From Squalus acanthias (Eukaryota), in NCBI GenBank assembly GCA_030390025.1, contig CM059438.1, positions 53,942,001 to 54,006,000 of the forward strand: a DNA stretch of 64,000 nucleotides, written 5' to 3'. A program made the translations under genes and the position numbers. Numbering within the stretch: the first letter of the stretch is position 1; the number at the start of each line of letters is the position of its first letter. This document shows positions 61,998-64,000 of the stretch, piece after piece. The notes beneath the pieces are model-generated. The model was not told the DNA's origin. It saw only the letters and a program-made list of their open reading frames with translations, and made no database searches.

Positions 61998-63300
61998 GGG
62001 CCTAGAAATTCGTGGCCATCACGAAAGCTGCCGGTGCCATCACCGTTGGAGGTTAACAGCTGCTGAAAATGGTGGCGATGGCAGGACTGAAAAGTTGGCG
62101 CTGAAGACTACTGATTATTAGCCCAGCGCTAAACTCGCCGTGTAACGCCCTCCTGGTGGCATTCGTCCTGGCATCAGGCCCCAATGTGGTGTCCACAAGC
62201 AGCGTTGCAGCTTCCAACCGCTCTGAAAGCAAGGCTGTCATTTTGCAAAGCATTGTGGGATCTTAAAAGGGCAAAGCCTTCTGAAATAAAACTAAAAATG
62301 ATGTAAAAATATGCAGTTTTCAGCCCTTACAGCTCAACTGCCTTCTGGAAAAAAAATTAACATTAAAAAGAATTCCCAAATGGAAGTCTTCAGTTCTTAA
62401 AGCTGAATTGCCTTCCGCACCTAAAAAAAAAAGGGGGGAAAGTTCTTCAGCCCTAACCCAAATGGCTCAGCAAGCCAGGGAAGGGGCACCCAGGGTCTCA
62501 CATGCAGAACTCCAGCTTTGTGCAGGGGGACAACACTGCAATAGAGGTCCTCTACCCACAGGGGCCAGGAGGCCCTCCAGAAAGAAGGATGTGGGACCAG
62601 ATCACCGAGGCCGTCACTGCCAGCAGTGTCGCCACCACCCCCCCCTGCCCCCCACCACCACCACTTGGCTCCAGTGCCCAAAGATTCATGACTTCAGACC
62701 AGTGGTCAAGGTCAGTGAATGCATCTTCAAAAGCCGTCTCCTACCAACTGCACCACTAGCCTCACACAGTGCTCAATGCACGACTCCCCCCCCCCCCCCC
62801 CAATCACTCACCTACCAACAATCTCTACCAATCACTAGGCACACCTCACATTCCCAGCTTCACCTCACCACCTTGGAGGAGACGGTGTTGGCCATTCTTG
62901 GCAGGAACATGGCTGAGCCCTTGACCAGCGGCGGGGCTAAAAGGATACAAGATGCTGGTATCTTTGTATTTTATCCTCCTCGCATGGACCTCTTGCTTTC
63001 CCGCCCTCCCCTCATCACAACTCCACCCTTGTGCCTTCCTCATTTCACACACCCAAGAAATGCAGCCAGTCAGCCAGTGGTTGACCAAGAAAAGAGAGAA
63101 GAAACACCGTCACTCGATTTCACACTCCCAGCCACCAGCTCCTCGAGGTCGCCATTTGCAGTGTCCCCCACAAAATCAGCAGCCTTCCACCAGCCATGCT
63201 GTAGCCACTGGGGTAGCACTGTGTGACAACAGTAGGATCGGCAAAGGCACACACAAGACAGTCACTAAGAGAATGCATACAGGTGATGAGTTGATTTCTT
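61998..63300 (+). mobile_element. PIF/Harbinger-type transposon remnant with Myb/SANT-like pseudogene
   Basis: Frameshifted REGAPRVSHAELQ...EVLYPQG...WDQITEAVTASSV...TWLQC.K..HD, followed by LTTLEETVLAILG. Confidence 0.55.
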
Positions 63301-63321
63301 GATGTCACATTGGATGGATAG

Positions 63322-64000
63322 ACACAAGACGTAGGAGCAGGAGTCGGTCATTTGGCCCCTCGAGCCTGCTCTGCCATTCAATAAGATCATGGCTGATCTG
63401 ATCTTGACCTCAACTCCACTTCCTTGCCCGCTCCTCATAACTCTTGACTCCCTTACCATTCAAAAATCTGTCTATCTCCACCTTAAATATATTCAATGAC
63501 CCAGCCTCCACAGCTCACCAGCGCCCTGTACAGTTGTAACAGGACTTCCCTACTTTTATACTCCATTCCCTTTGCAATAAAGGCCAACATTCCATTTGCC
63601 TTCCTAATTGCTGTACCTGCATGCTAACTTTTTGTGATTCATGTACAAGGACCCCTAGATCCCTCTGTACCTCAGCATTTTGTAATCTCTCCCCATTTAA
63701 ATAATTTGCTTTTTTATTTTTCCTACCAAAGTGGATAACCTTGCATTTTCCCACATTATACTCCATCTGCCAGATTTTTGCCCACTCACTTAGCCTATCT
63801 ATATCCCTTTGGAAATTCTTTGCGTCTACCACACAATATGTTGTCCCACCTATCTTTGTATCATCAGCAAATTTGGTTACATTACACTCAGTCCCTTCAT
63901 CCAAGTCATTAATATAGACTGTAAATAGTTGAGGCCCCAGCACTGATCCCTGCGGCACCTCACTAGTTACAGCTTGCCAACCTGAAAATGATCCATTTAT
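63322..64000 (-). mobile_element. CR1 RT and 3' end fragments
   Basis: PQGSVLGPQLF and KFADDTKIGG, with the tail at ~63325. Confidence 0.88.

Overview
Repeat-rich vertebrate genomic DNA, very probably elasmobranch (shark or ray) because it carries an HE1-type V-SINE, a SacSINE1-like Deu-SINE and abundant CR1 and L2 LINEs. One host gene is present: an 11-exon cytosolic inorganic pyrophosphatase (ppa1) on the + strand. I reconstructed it by hand from 18999 to 59575 (867 nt, 288 aa, all introns GT-AG), with a CRE/GC-box promoter and an AATAAA at 59773. The rest is mobile DNA and about a dozen minisatellites. The mobile DNA comprises the 3' end of a Gypsy element with an open integrase frame and 3' LTR, CR1 and L2 copies, Penelope-like elements, a TA-flanked MITE, a solo LTR and a PIF/Harbinger Myb-like remnant. 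About 10 kb of nested G-rich arrays abut the promoter. The most notable signal is a set of short intronic inserts flanked by target-site duplications (TSDs), built from inverted Penelope pseudo-LTRs that carry minimal hammerhead ribozyme cores, in two sequence families. There is a 500-N gap at 33031-33530. No prokaryotic-type systems are present. TE boundaries are approximate unless a TSD or terminal inverted repeat (TIR) is cited.
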